Positions 56,183-64,000 of a stretch of 64,000 nucleotides of DNA are shown in pieces; within the stretch, counting starts at the first letter, position 1, and each line of letters starts with the position of its first letter. The notes below the pieces were generated by a model. The model saw only the letters and a list, made by a program, of their open reading frames with translations. It was not told where the DNA came from and ran no database searches. The translations under genes were made by a program, and so were the position numbers. This DNA comes from Candidatus Woesearchaeota archaeon (GTDB taxonomy: Archaea; Nanobdellota; Nanobdellia; Woesearchaeales; GCA-2686295), in NCBI GenBank assembly GCA_937912225.1, contig CALDOJ010000034.1, forward strand, positions 556 through 64,555. The letters are read 5' to 3'.

Positions 56183-57649
56183 TTATCTTCCTCCACCGCA
56201 GCCACAGCCACCACTTCCACTACCACCACAAGACCCACCTACAGGATCAGGAACGCTGTTCAATTCTTTTTCTACAGCAGCAGCATCTTCTAAGTTAATA
56301 TCTTCTTTTACAATAAAAGTTCCTGGAATCATACCCATCCAACAAGACCAAGATATTACTCCTTCATTTTCAGGCGTAAATTCAATTGTTTGTAAACCTT
56401 GTTTAATATCAAAGTTTAAACCATACTTTGGAACTTGAATTGCATTATTACAACCATTTATTTCCCTGCCGTCAATTACCCATTTAACAGGAACACCTTT
56501 TTTCAAAACAAACTTGTCTGGTTCCCAACCATATCTGTCAACAGTCATTTCAATTACCTGATATCCGCCTTCCATCTTGATAACATTCCCGGTCGAACTT
56601 GCCGAACTTGCTGAAACTGATGCAACTAAAGTGTTAACATCAAAACCTGAACCTGTTAAAGCCAAACCTCTGTTAACCATTATAACACCAAGCACTATAA
56701 CAATTGCACCAGATAACTTTAAAATTTTATGAGTGGCTTTTTTTGAAATATAACTAGTAATAAAACCAAAACCTAAAAGTACAGGTAAAGTTCCAAGACC
56801 GAATATGAATAATAATTTTGCACCTTCAATCATACTACCAGTTCCAGCAGCCATAATATACATTGCTTGTAAAGGTCCGCAAGCTATTAATAAACCATTT
56901 AATAAACCAATAACCAGGGGACTGGAAGACTCAGACTTTTTCTTGAACACATATTTATTCAGGAATTGGGGTGTTTTGAATGATAGCTTTCTAAGAGCGG
57001 GAAATATATTCAACATTTTTAATCCAAAAAGAACTAAAAATAAACCTGCAAATATTCCAGCAAAACCCCTCATCATTGGTGTGAATGCAAATATTGAACC
57101 AATTAAACCAAAAATCGCTCCAATAATAGTATAAGATAATGTTTTTCCAAGTCCATACATAGCATGAGACTTATGAGGTTTAACTCCTTGTTTAGCATCT
57201 TTGGTAGTATATCCAACAACAAATCCTCCACACATACCAACACAATGAAAACCAGTCAATAAACCTACTACAAATAATAAACCATAACCCATGTTTTGAG
57301 TTAATTCAGGCATATTAATACCGTCAACAAAGTTAAATAAAAAGTAAGCTGCAATTAATAAACCAACAGCAGAAAATATCCAACCAAACAATTTATCAAC
57401 ATTTAATTTATTAGAAGAATTACCTTTTTCATCTAAAACATAACAAACATAATTCTTCTCTTCAATCTTATCAAGAATGATATCTAAGTCAGTTTTTTTA
57501 TCGTCATATGTTACATAACCTGTTTCAGTACTTAAATCAAACTCAACAGCTTTAACACCTTTAACTTTCAAAACTTGACGTTTAATTATTTTTTCACAAC
57601 TCTCACAAAACGTTCCTTCCGCGATAAACCCCTTTTTTACAATCATCAT
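56183..57649 (-). CDS. Polytopic membrane protein with an N-terminal HMA-like domain. The membrane domain is a DsbD/CcdA- or TauE-like permease type. The tail is Cys/Gly-rich.
   Basis: N-terminal CESCEKI ferredoxin-like metal-binding fold, at least 6 TM helices with a CVGMCGG Cys pair in a TM helix, and a C-terminal GSCGGSGSGGCGCGGGR. Confidence 0.55.
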   Translation of the reverse strand: MMIVKKGFIAEGTFCESCEKIIKRQVLKVKGVKAVEFDLSTETGYVTYDDKKTDLDIILDKIEEKNYVCYVLDEKGNSSNKLNVDKLFGWIFSAVGLLIAAYFLFNFVDGINMPELTQNMGYGLLFVVGLLTGFHCVGMCGGFVVGYTTKDAKQGVKPHKSHAMYGLGKTLSYTIIGAIFGLIGSIFAFTPMMRGFAGIFAGLFLVLFGLKMLNIFPALRKLSFKTPQFLNKYVFKKKSESSSPLVIGLLNGLLIACGPLQAMYIMAAGTGSMIEGAKLLFIFGLGTLPVLLGFGFITSYISKKATHKILKLSGAIVIVLGVIMVNRGLALTGSGFDVNTLVASVSASSASSTGNVIKMEGGYQVIEMTVDRYGWEPDKFVLKKGVPVKWVIDGREINGCNNAIQVPKYGLNFDIKQGLQTIEFTPENEGVISWSCWMGMIPGTFIVKEDINLEDAAAVEKELNSVPDPVGGSCGGSGSGGCGCGGGR

Positions 57650-57864
57650 TCCACCTCGAAGCCTTCGCCTCTAATCACAGTTTTAACTCTTTCTTCAGTT
57701 ATTTCGTTAGCATCAAAATCTACTGTTACTCGCTGATCAGGATTTGAAGCTTTAACACTAGTTACACCTTCCTCTTCTGATAAAGCATCTTCAATAAGCA
57801 TTTCACAAGCATGACAAGTCATACCATTTACGAAAAATATTTTTTCCATTGTAAAAACCTCCAT
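57646..57864 (-). CDS. copZ: Copper chaperone CopZ-like HMA protein
   Basis: 72 aa with GMTCHACE, which is the MxCxxC motif. Confidence 0.8.
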   Translation of the reverse strand: MEVFTMEKIFFVNGMTCHACEMLIEDALSEEEGVTSVKASNPDQRVTVDFDANEITEERVKTVIRGEGFEVE

Positions 57865-57981
57865 TGCAGATTAATAATCAAGCCTTTATTAATACCATTC
57901 GATGAAAAAAAGAACGCCTAAAACGTTTGAAACCAGAGAATTATCGTCCCAGAACGTTTAATAATGATTTTTTAGAACTTG

Positions 57982-58500
57982 TTATTTTGAAGAATTACTC
58001 CTAATATGATGCCTATAATAACCAATAATATTACCTAATAAGAAGTTTCCCTCTACAATAACACCCATTGGAGAGAAAATTATTGCATTATAAACTATTA
58101 TTAGAGATGTACCAACCATCATCAATCTTCTCATTAGTTTGTGATTTGCTTGAAAGTTTCCAATCATGAAAATACACGAACCTGCATAAATTATTAAGTC
58201 ATACATTTCAACGTAAGTAAAGATTAAAACTAAAGTATTTATAATTAAGAACAAATAAAGATATTTTTTATTTGTTGAGAAATAACAAACAATAAATCTT
58301 AATACTGCAAAAAATACAATTATTCCAGCAGCAACTTTTCCTAATAAAAAGTAATGAGCACTTATTAAACTTGCAGAAATAACAAAACTCAAATAAATTG
58401 ATTTCCTATTATTAAACTGCATTCCTAAGAAATCAAAGCCCATTGCAAAGAGCATTAGTATTTGAGAAAGAATAAAAGATAATGTGAAATCAATCATCAT
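57982..58500 (-). CDS. Hypothetical integral membrane protein
   Basis: 172 aa with 5-6 hydrophobic helices. Confidence 0.45.
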   Translation of the reverse strand: MMIDFTLSFILSQILMLFAMGFDFLGMQFNNRKSIYLSFVISASLISAHYFLLGKVAAGIIVFFAVLRFIVCYFSTNKKYLYLFLIINTLVLIFTYVEMYDLIIYAGSCIFMIGNFQANHKLMRRLMMVGTSLIIVYNAIIFSPMGVIVEGNFLLGNIIGYYRHHIRSNSSK

Positions 58501-58504
58501 TTTT

Positions 58505-59035
58505 TTAGAACTTTTTTCTTAAGAATACTTCATTAGTTTTTCCAGACTTTTTTCGACTAATGATTTCTTTTTCTTCTAAGCTTTTTAAAAGTAATGATAA
58601 TGATGTTTTTGACATGCCAGTTCGATAACGAAGAGTTGATTGTGTAATACCTTCTTGTTCGTGAACCGCTTTTAGAACTATTTGTTCTTCAGAATCAAAT
58701 CCTCCTAAAAATGCCGTGAAATGATCTTTTTTTGTAGCTTCTTTTAATGCTGAAGAAACTTTTACTTGGTGTTCTTCCAGAACTTTTTGTGTTTTATCAA
58801 ATAAAAGCAGATAGATTCCAAGAATTATTAATGCTAATGAAATAACTCCTCCAATGATATAAACTGAGAAATCCCTGTCCTGATGAAGACAAGTACCATC
58901 AGCCAAATAACAAGTACCCATTTCATCAACAAAAGCATTGATGTAAACATCTTCTTTTGCTTTAAACATAAAGACGAGAATTGACAACAATATTCCAAAT
59001 ATTAAAATTGCAACCCCTATTTGTTTTTGATTCAT
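58505..59035 (-). CDS. Membrane-anchored winged-HTH regulator (MarR/ArsR-like)
   Basis: N-terminal TM helix, a Cys pair (CYLADGTC), a second TM helix and a C-terminal wHTH (ITQSTLRYRTGMSKTSLSLLLKSLEEKEII). Confidence 0.55.
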   Translation of the reverse strand: MNQKQIGVAILIFGILLSILVFMFKAKEDVYINAFVDEMGTCYLADGTCLHQDRDFSVYIIGGVISLALIILGIYLLLFDKTQKVLEEHQVKVSSALKEATKKDHFTAFLGGFDSEEQIVLKAVHEQEGITQSTLRYRTGMSKTSLSLLLKSLEEKEIISRKKSGKTNEVFLRKKF

Positions 59036-59103
59036 TAACTATAGAAAAGTCTGAACTGTTTAAAAAAGTTTGCTAAAAAAGAATTAAACTGTTTAAAACC
59101 AGA

Positions 59104-59424
59104 TTATTTACCATCAGAAATAAACACATGATAAGTAATATCTTTAAGTTCAATCATTAAAGCACCATTTTCATAACCAGAATAATGTGCAGGATTATTT
59201 TCAATTCTTTTAAGATTAACAAATAAAGATTGTCCACCTTTCATTTGCAAATACACATCTAAACCTTCTTGCGAAGCAATAATAGGATTTTTTCTTTTAT
59301 GTTTGAGAGTAACATAATCATTTAATTCTTTTAATCTAAGTTCTAAAGAAGATAGTTTCATTTCATCATTTAACGGAATAGGCATTCCTTGATCAGTCCA
59401 TTCCATAGCCAAATATTTAAACAT
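59104..59424 (-). CDS. Hypothetical protein (106 aa)
   Basis: ORF with a normal composition. Confidence 0.4.
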   Translation of the reverse strand: MFKYLAMEWTDQGMPIPLNDEMKLSSLELRLKELNDYVTLKHKRKNPIIASQEGLDVYLQMKGGQSLFVNLKRIENNPAHYSGYENGALMIELKDITYHVFISDGK

Positions 59425-59519
59425 TATAAAAGAAGAATCAGGAATAACATTTAAATGTTACTATTTGGTGGTGGTTATTTTCCACAATATTTAAATAGTT
59501 AATTTGGTTTTCTAACAAA

Positions 59520-60059
59520 ATGAATTCCTTAGAAAAAGAAATCGAATTAATGCAAAAAGAAGGATTCTTAAAACGAGCATTCAAAGTAAAAGGTAAAAAT
59601 GTCCCACACATGTTACTAAGTGGAGGACTTGCAATTGCCGCAAGATATTTCTACGCAAAACACGCAGGAGAAGCAGGAATGAGTGATGAAGCGCTAGCCC
59701 CAATGGCAACCTTAGTTGATATTGGTGTTTTCTGGGGAACATATCTTCCACAAATAGCTTATAAAGAACGAAAAGAAATGAAAGAAAAAGGAAAATATGT
59801 GGTATCAAAAATCGCAAAAAAAGTAGTTGCGTTCGGAGGATTATTTGGACAAAGTGAAATATTCTACACCGGAATAAGCATAGCTCTTCAATACACCTTT
59901 CAAAAAATGGAAATCTCTCCTGAAAATGCCTCATTAATGATTCAAATACCAGCAGTATTATTCTTTTCGGGAGCGATGCCCCTAATGGAATACTCATCAA
60001 AAGTAGGGTCAGAATATTTATTTAAAGCATTTAAGAAACAACCAAAACCTTACAAATAA
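59520..60059 (+). CDS. Hypothetical protein (179 aa), probably membrane-associated
   Basis: Its composition is more protein-like than that of the overlapping antisense ORF 59581..60000. Confidence 0.45.
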   Translation: MNSLEKEIELMQKEGFLKRAFKVKGKNVPHMLLSGGLAIAARYFYAKHAGEAGMSDEALAPMATLVDIGVFWGTYLPQIAYKERKEMKEKGKYVVSKIAKKVVAFGGLFGQSEIFYTGISIALQYTFQKMEISPENASLMIQIPAVLFFSGAMPLMEYSSKVGSEYLFKAFKKQPKPYK

Positions 60060-61259
60060 TTATCTTCTTCGGCCTCTATTAAAGCCTTTATTTCTAAAAC
60101 TATTCTTTTTCTTCTTAACAAAAGAAGATTGTTTAATAGGTGCTTTTTGAAAAGTTGGAACATCTTCTTTTGGAACATTCAAATCAGAATGCATTCTAAA
60201 AATATTAGAGAAATTATTATGGTCCATCGGAGCTAGAATGTTAATTACTTTTCCATCTTTACCTGCTCTTGCAGTTCGACCAATTCGGTGAACATATTCT
60301 TTAGGGTCACCAGGAATATCATAATTGTAAACATGCGAAACACCAGGAATATCTAAGCCTCTTGCAGCAACATCAGTACAAACTAAAATTGTTTCTTTTC
60401 CTGATTTAAAGTCTTCCATTGAAGAACTTCTTTTAGCTTGAGTAAAACCACCATGAATAGCAATAGCATTTAATTTATTGAATTTTAAATTCTTAGCTAA
60501 GAAATCTGCTTGATTTCTAGTATTACAAAATATCAATACTAAACCAGAATGTTCTTCTCCAAGAAGATGAACTAATAATGAGAACTTCATATGGTCTCGC
60601 ACATCATAATAAATTTGTTTAAGCTTTGTAGGATCTACTTGAGCTTTGGCTCTTATAGAAATAGGATCTTTCATATATTTGTTTTTAATTTTTTGAATAT
60701 CTTCAGATAGTGTTGCTGAGAAAAGAAGTGTTTGTCTATATTTTGGGCATTTAGCAATGATTTTATTAACTTCATCAATGAAACCCATATCAACCATCCT
60801 GTCTGCTTCATCCAAAACCAACATTTTAACTTTAGTTAAATTAACGGTTTTTCTTTCAATATGATCAAGAATTCTTCCAGGTGTTGCAACAACTACATCT
60901 GCAGTTGTTAACTTGTTAATTTGAGGATTAATTGCTACACCACCATAAACAGGTGTGACTCTCAAAAATTTATATTGAGAGAATTCTGCTAAAGCTTCAC
61001 AAACTTGTTCTGCCAGTTCTCTAGTAGGAGTTAAAACTACTGCTTGTAAACCCTTACCTTTGTCAATATTCTGAATAATTCCACAACCAAAAGCTAAAGT
61101 TTTACCACTGCCAGTTTCAGATTGGCCAATCACATCTTTTCCTTCAAGAATAGGCGGGATTGATTTTTCTTGAATATAAGTAGGTGTTTCAAAATCCTTA
61201 TCTTCAAGAGTACGTAGTATCTCTTCAATAATACCCAATTTTCTAAAAGCTTCAACCAT
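60060..61259 (-). CDS. DEAD-box ATP-dependent RNA helicase
   Basis: Q-motif region, motif I QSETGSGKT, DEAD (VLDEADRM), SAT and HRIGRTARAG. The C-terminal tail is basic. Confidence 0.9.
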   Translation of the reverse strand: MVEAFRKLGIIEEILRTLEDKDFETPTYIQEKSIPPILEGKDVIGQSETGSGKTLAFGCGIIQNIDKGKGLQAVVLTPTRELAEQVCEALAEFSQYKFLRVTPVYGGVAINPQINKLTTADVVVATPGRILDHIERKTVNLTKVKMLVLDEADRMVDMGFIDEVNKIIAKCPKYRQTLLFSATLSEDIQKIKNKYMKDPISIRAKAQVDPTKLKQIYYDVRDHMKFSLLVHLLGEEHSGLVLIFCNTRNQADFLAKNLKFNKLNAIAIHGGFTQAKRSSSMEDFKSGKETILVCTDVAARGLDIPGVSHVYNYDIPGDPKEYVHRIGRTARAGKDGKVINILAPMDHNNFSNIFRMHSDLNVPKEDVPTFQKAPIKQSSFVKKKKNSFRNKGFNRGRRR

Positions 61260-61265
61260 AAGAAA

Positions 61266-61457
61266 TCACAATTTTGTTACTTTTGTAGCTACAAGTCCTC
61301 TATCGCCTTCATTCCCTTCAAATTCAACTTCATCATTATCGGCTAGAGCTACTTGGTCAACGATGTTTGATAAATGAACAAAATACGCATTTCCATCGTC
61401 TCCATTAATAAATCCAAATCGTTTCTCTGAGTTAAAATATTTTACTTTTCCTTTCAT
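61266..61457 (-). CDS. Cold-shock domain protein (CspA-like)
   Basis: MKGKVKYFNSEKRFGFI carries the RNP1-like FGFI motif. The longer ORF in the track includes an unlikely N-terminal extension. Confidence 0.75.
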   Translation of the reverse strand: MKGKVKYFNSEKRFGFINGDDGNAYFVHLSNIVDQVALADNDEVEFEGNEGDRGLVATKVTKL

Positions 61458-61569
61458 TTGTTTATTCCTCTTAAATGTATTTTTATAAATTAAAAAAAAC
61501 TCTTTATTAATAAAGGCTTCGGATTTCTGTAGCACAAGCTTTTTATAAATAACTAAACTCAAGAAAAAC

Positions 61570-62133
61570 ATGGATTTGTTCAAAGAAAAAATAATTATTC
61601 TGTGGGATACGGAATTTACTTGCTGGAAAGGTTGTAAAGAAAATGGTTGGGATAAAGAAAGGAATCAATTCAGAGAATTCATACAAATTGCTTTAATTAA
61701 AGTAGATATAAACACGATGAATATAATTAATGAATTCCAAACTTTTGTAAAACCAATTAAGAACCCACAATTATCAGATTATTGCACTAATCTAACGCAT
61801 ATAGAACAAGACATTATTGATGAAGCCGACACATTTGATAAAGTGCAACCTGCAATGTTAAATTTTATTGGCAATACAAAATGTTATTCTTTTGGTCAAG
61901 ATTTTAAAGTATTATACGAAAATCAAGAGATTAATAATTTGAATAATCCTTTTAAAGACCAATTCTTTGACTTAAGAATTATGCTTATAGAAGAAGGTTA
62001 TGATGTGAAAAGTTATTGTAGCGGAACACTTTCAGAACTCTTTGGAATAAAATCAGAATTTCATACTCATGATGCGGTTGGTGATGCAAAAACAGTTTTA
62101 ATTGCATTAAAAGAATTAAAAAAGAAACTTTAA
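61570..62133 (+). CDS. DEDDh 3'-5' exonuclease (DnaQ/oligoribonuclease-like)
   Basis: Exo motif I ILWDTEFT and exo motif III HTHDAVGDA. Confidence 0.7.
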   Translation: MDLFKEKIIILWDTEFTCWKGCKENGWDKERNQFREFIQIALIKVDINTMNIINEFQTFVKPIKNPQLSDYCTNLTHIEQDIIDEADTFDKVQPAMLNFIGNTKCYSFGQDFKVLYENQEINNLNNPFKDQFFDLRIMLIEEGYDVKSYCSGTLSELFGIKSEFHTHDAVGDAKTVLIALKELKKKL

Positions 62134-63245
62134 GTCTTGCCCTTTCTAACAATTTGTAAATGAGGATAAGCAATTTCAATATTTTTTTCTTGTTTAACTG
62201 CATCTAAGAACGCGAGAAATATTTCAGTTTTGTTCTTCGAGATTTTATCATAAGGCGTAAAGAACTGAGCAATTAACTGGATTGCTGAATCTAACAAATC
62301 AATTCTAATTCTTGGTTTAAATTCTTCATCAAACTTTTGAAGTTCTAAATCAATTTGTTCTCGCTCAATTTGAAGTTTTTTTGCTTCTTCATCAGCTTCC
62401 TTACTATCAATACCTTCATATTTTGTTAATAACCCACTAATAAAAGCGTTAACTTTTTTTCTTTGAACATTAAGATTTCGTTTGTAATGACTTTTATTCT
62501 TCCGAGTCAAATCAATAATAATTTCACGCAATAATTTTCTTGCTTTATGATAATCGCTCTCATAAGTAATAGTTATACTTATTTCTTCAACCAGATAGTT
62601 ATAATTTTTAGTATAATTCTGAACTTCCGAAGTTAAAACTAGTTCATTAGGAAAAGTTACTATTTTACCACTAGACCTGTCCGAACGCTCTAATAATCCG
62701 TCCAAAACAGTATTCATAACTTGAATTTCTTTTACATCGCCTCTTATTTCTCCAACTTTTATACGATCACCTTCAGAGTAAACATGCTTCAGAATAATTG
62801 TAACCCAACCAACAAAATTCAAAATTGGTTTTTGTAATGCAAAAGTAATTCCAAAACCAATTAAACCAAAGGAAGCCAGTAATCCAAGAACATTTCCAAA
62901 GATTAAAGAAACCGCGGCAAATATAAACAAAACCCACCAAGCAAAAGTTACTAATTTTGAAATCCTTTTATAGTCATTTTCTTTATGAAGATTTTTATAA
63001 ACACTCATCAATAAACGTTTTATTAAAAAAGCATCAATTAACTTAAAAAAAAGGAATAACATTCCAATCAAGAATAATTTTGTAGCATAAGGCATCATGT
63101 GACCAAGCAGCCAAGCAAGATGTTTCATAATAAAACTCAAATAATTATACTCTGTAGTCACTAATAAAACCAGCATTATAACTAGAACAAGAACTAACCA
63201 AAATAAAGTATTCAGAAATTTAAACTTATTTTTGTTTCCCCTCAC
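62130..63245 (-). CDS. MscS-family mechanosensitive channel
   Basis: N-terminal TM helices and GDRIKVGEIRGDVKEIQVMNTVL, the MscS beta-domain motif. Confidence 0.7.
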   Translation of the reverse strand: MRGNKNKFKFLNTLFWLVLVLVIMLVLLVTTEYNYLSFIMKHLAWLLGHMMPYATKLFLIGMLFLFFKLIDAFLIKRLLMSVYKNLHKENDYKRISKLVTFAWWVLFIFAAVSLIFGNVLGLLASFGLIGFGITFALQKPILNFVGWVTIILKHVYSEGDRIKVGEIRGDVKEIQVMNTVLDGLLERSDRSSGKIVTFPNELVLTSEVQNYTKNYNYLVEEISITITYESDYHKARKLLREIIIDLTRKNKSHYKRNLNVQRKKVNAFISGLLTKYEGIDSKEADEEAKKLQIEREQIDLELQKFDEEFKPRIRIDLLDSAIQLIAQFFTPYDKISKNKTEIFLAFLDAVKQEKNIEIAYPHLQIVRKGKT

Positions 63246-63326
63246 AAATGAGAACTAAATCTTCAAAGTATATATATTTTACGAAAAGAAAACAATTAAA
63301 TATCTCCCAATCAAAACACTATACTT

Positions 63327-63938
63327 ATGCATAATAATTTCACAAATATAAATAAATTATTCTCAACTGTAAAACACTATTTTTATGAACACCCAATAAT
63401 AAAATTCATCTTATTAATAATAATAATACTCAGTTATCTTTCCCTATCAATTATAAAATTTGGTGGAAAAGAAGGATTTTTAATCAGTGCATTAACTTGG
63501 AGTTTCTTTGTTTTATGCACTCCAATTGCAGATGCAGGATTTCTACTCGATTTACCAATAAGAATTTTTACCGGAATAAAGATGATTTATTCGGAAATAA
63601 TTGTGTGGATAATAGCAATTGGAATTAATTTGTTCACAATGTCCAACAACCCATTAATTTATGAAGATACAATCATCCTCTCATTATTCCACCACATCAT
63701 ATCACACCCCATTCCATATGCATCAATAATAATCTTGTCAGGAATAGGAACATTTCTTTCATTGTTATTTGGAGATGAAATAATAGATGTTTCTTACGAA
63801 GAAAAAGAAGTTCGAGAACACCACCTAAAACATAGACACAAACACCACCTTGTAATATTAATATTCTTGTTCATAATAATATTCATCATATATGATTTAC
63901 TTCTAAATAAATTAGGAATGCACATCCCATTACTTTAA
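63327..63938 (+). CDS. Hypothetical integral membrane protein
   Basis: 203 aa with multiple TM helices and a His-rich C-terminus. Confidence 0.45.
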   Translation: MHNNFTNINKLFSTVKHYFYEHPIIKFILLIIIILSYLSLSIIKFGGKEGFLISALTWSFFVLCTPIADAGFLLDLPIRIFTGIKMIYSEIIVWIIAIGINLFTMSNNPLIYEDTIILSLFHHIISHPIPYASIIILSGIGTFLSLLFGDEIIDVSYEEKEVREHHLKHRHKHHLVILIFLFIIIFIIYDLLLNKLGMHIPLL

Positions 63939-64000
63939 CGAAGAAATTCTAATGCAAATGTCCAGGAACTAATAAAGTTACTAATAACACAATTGCAACA

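Noticed and set aside
59581-60000. A minus-strand 139-aa ORF overlapping 59520..60059
   Set aside because: It is highly Leu/Phe/Arg-biased. The plus-strand product looks more protein-like and has an upstream AT-rich promoter region.
1-64000. CRISPR arrays, tRNA or rRNA genes, and transposases or integrases
   Set aside because: No spaced direct-repeat arrays were seen. No cloverleaf-like structure appears in the ORF-free gaps (for example 47793-47885 and 57865-57981). No transposase or integrase-like ORFs are present. The only notable repeats are the two ~105-nt leader elements and short promoter motifs.

Overview
This is an AT-rich, gene-dense prokaryotic window. Almost every gene has a GGAGG-type ribosome-binding site, and many neighbours overlap by 4 bp (ATGA), which points to long operons. 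Several intergenic regions carry archaeal-style promoter boxes (a cgaaa BRE-like box followed by a tttatata TATA box), and an archaeal-type nicotinamide-nucleotide adenylyltransferase is present. My working guess is a small-genome archaeon, possibly DPANN-like. Phylogeny cannot be proven from this window.

Recognisable content:
- The 3' end of dnaK plus grpE on the minus strand.
- A NAD regulon. It has an NrtR-like Nudix regulator, then nadB-nadA-nadC, and a second operon (radical SAM, nadE, Nudix, NMNAT-like). That operon continues into a Ser/Thr kinase, a vWA protein, an ADP-ribosylglycohydrolase and an NAD kinase. The same ~105-nt element sits upstream of both NAD operons.
- A LemA / zinc-ribbon / TPM membrane module.
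- A UvrD-like helicase with a C-terminal HRDC domain.
- A radical SAM/HhH protein, a HAD hydrolase and a U32 peptidase.
- MscS and CorA channels.
- A copper island: CopA, CopZ, an HMA-domain membrane protein and a membrane-anchored wHTH regulator.
- cspA with a DEAD-box helicase, and a DEDDh exonuclease.

The stand-out region is a ~21.5 kb minus-strand supercluster (25293-46773) made only of uncharacterised genes:
- Twelve translationally coupled genes open it. Nine are diverged paralogs with PI3/PI4-kinase-like catalytic motifs (G..EL...L.L.DRH..N...IDFG). Three are small paralogs of an unknown domain. Both groups share the same C-terminal motif.
- A small membrane protein and a PNP/MTAN-family nucleosidase follow.
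- Then come a ChlI/MCM-like AAA+ ATPase with a zinc-ribbon insertion, two coiled-coil proteins (one with a C-terminal vWA domain), a long coiled-coil protein, a classical AAA ATPase and two unknown proteins.
- Three of its promoters and the grpE-dnaK promoter share an AGTAGTTA-BRE-TATA arrangement, which hints at co-regulation with the chaperone operon.

I propose this supercluster as a candidate undescribed kinase-array / AAA+-vWA / nucleosidase system. It could serve stress response, defence or host interaction.
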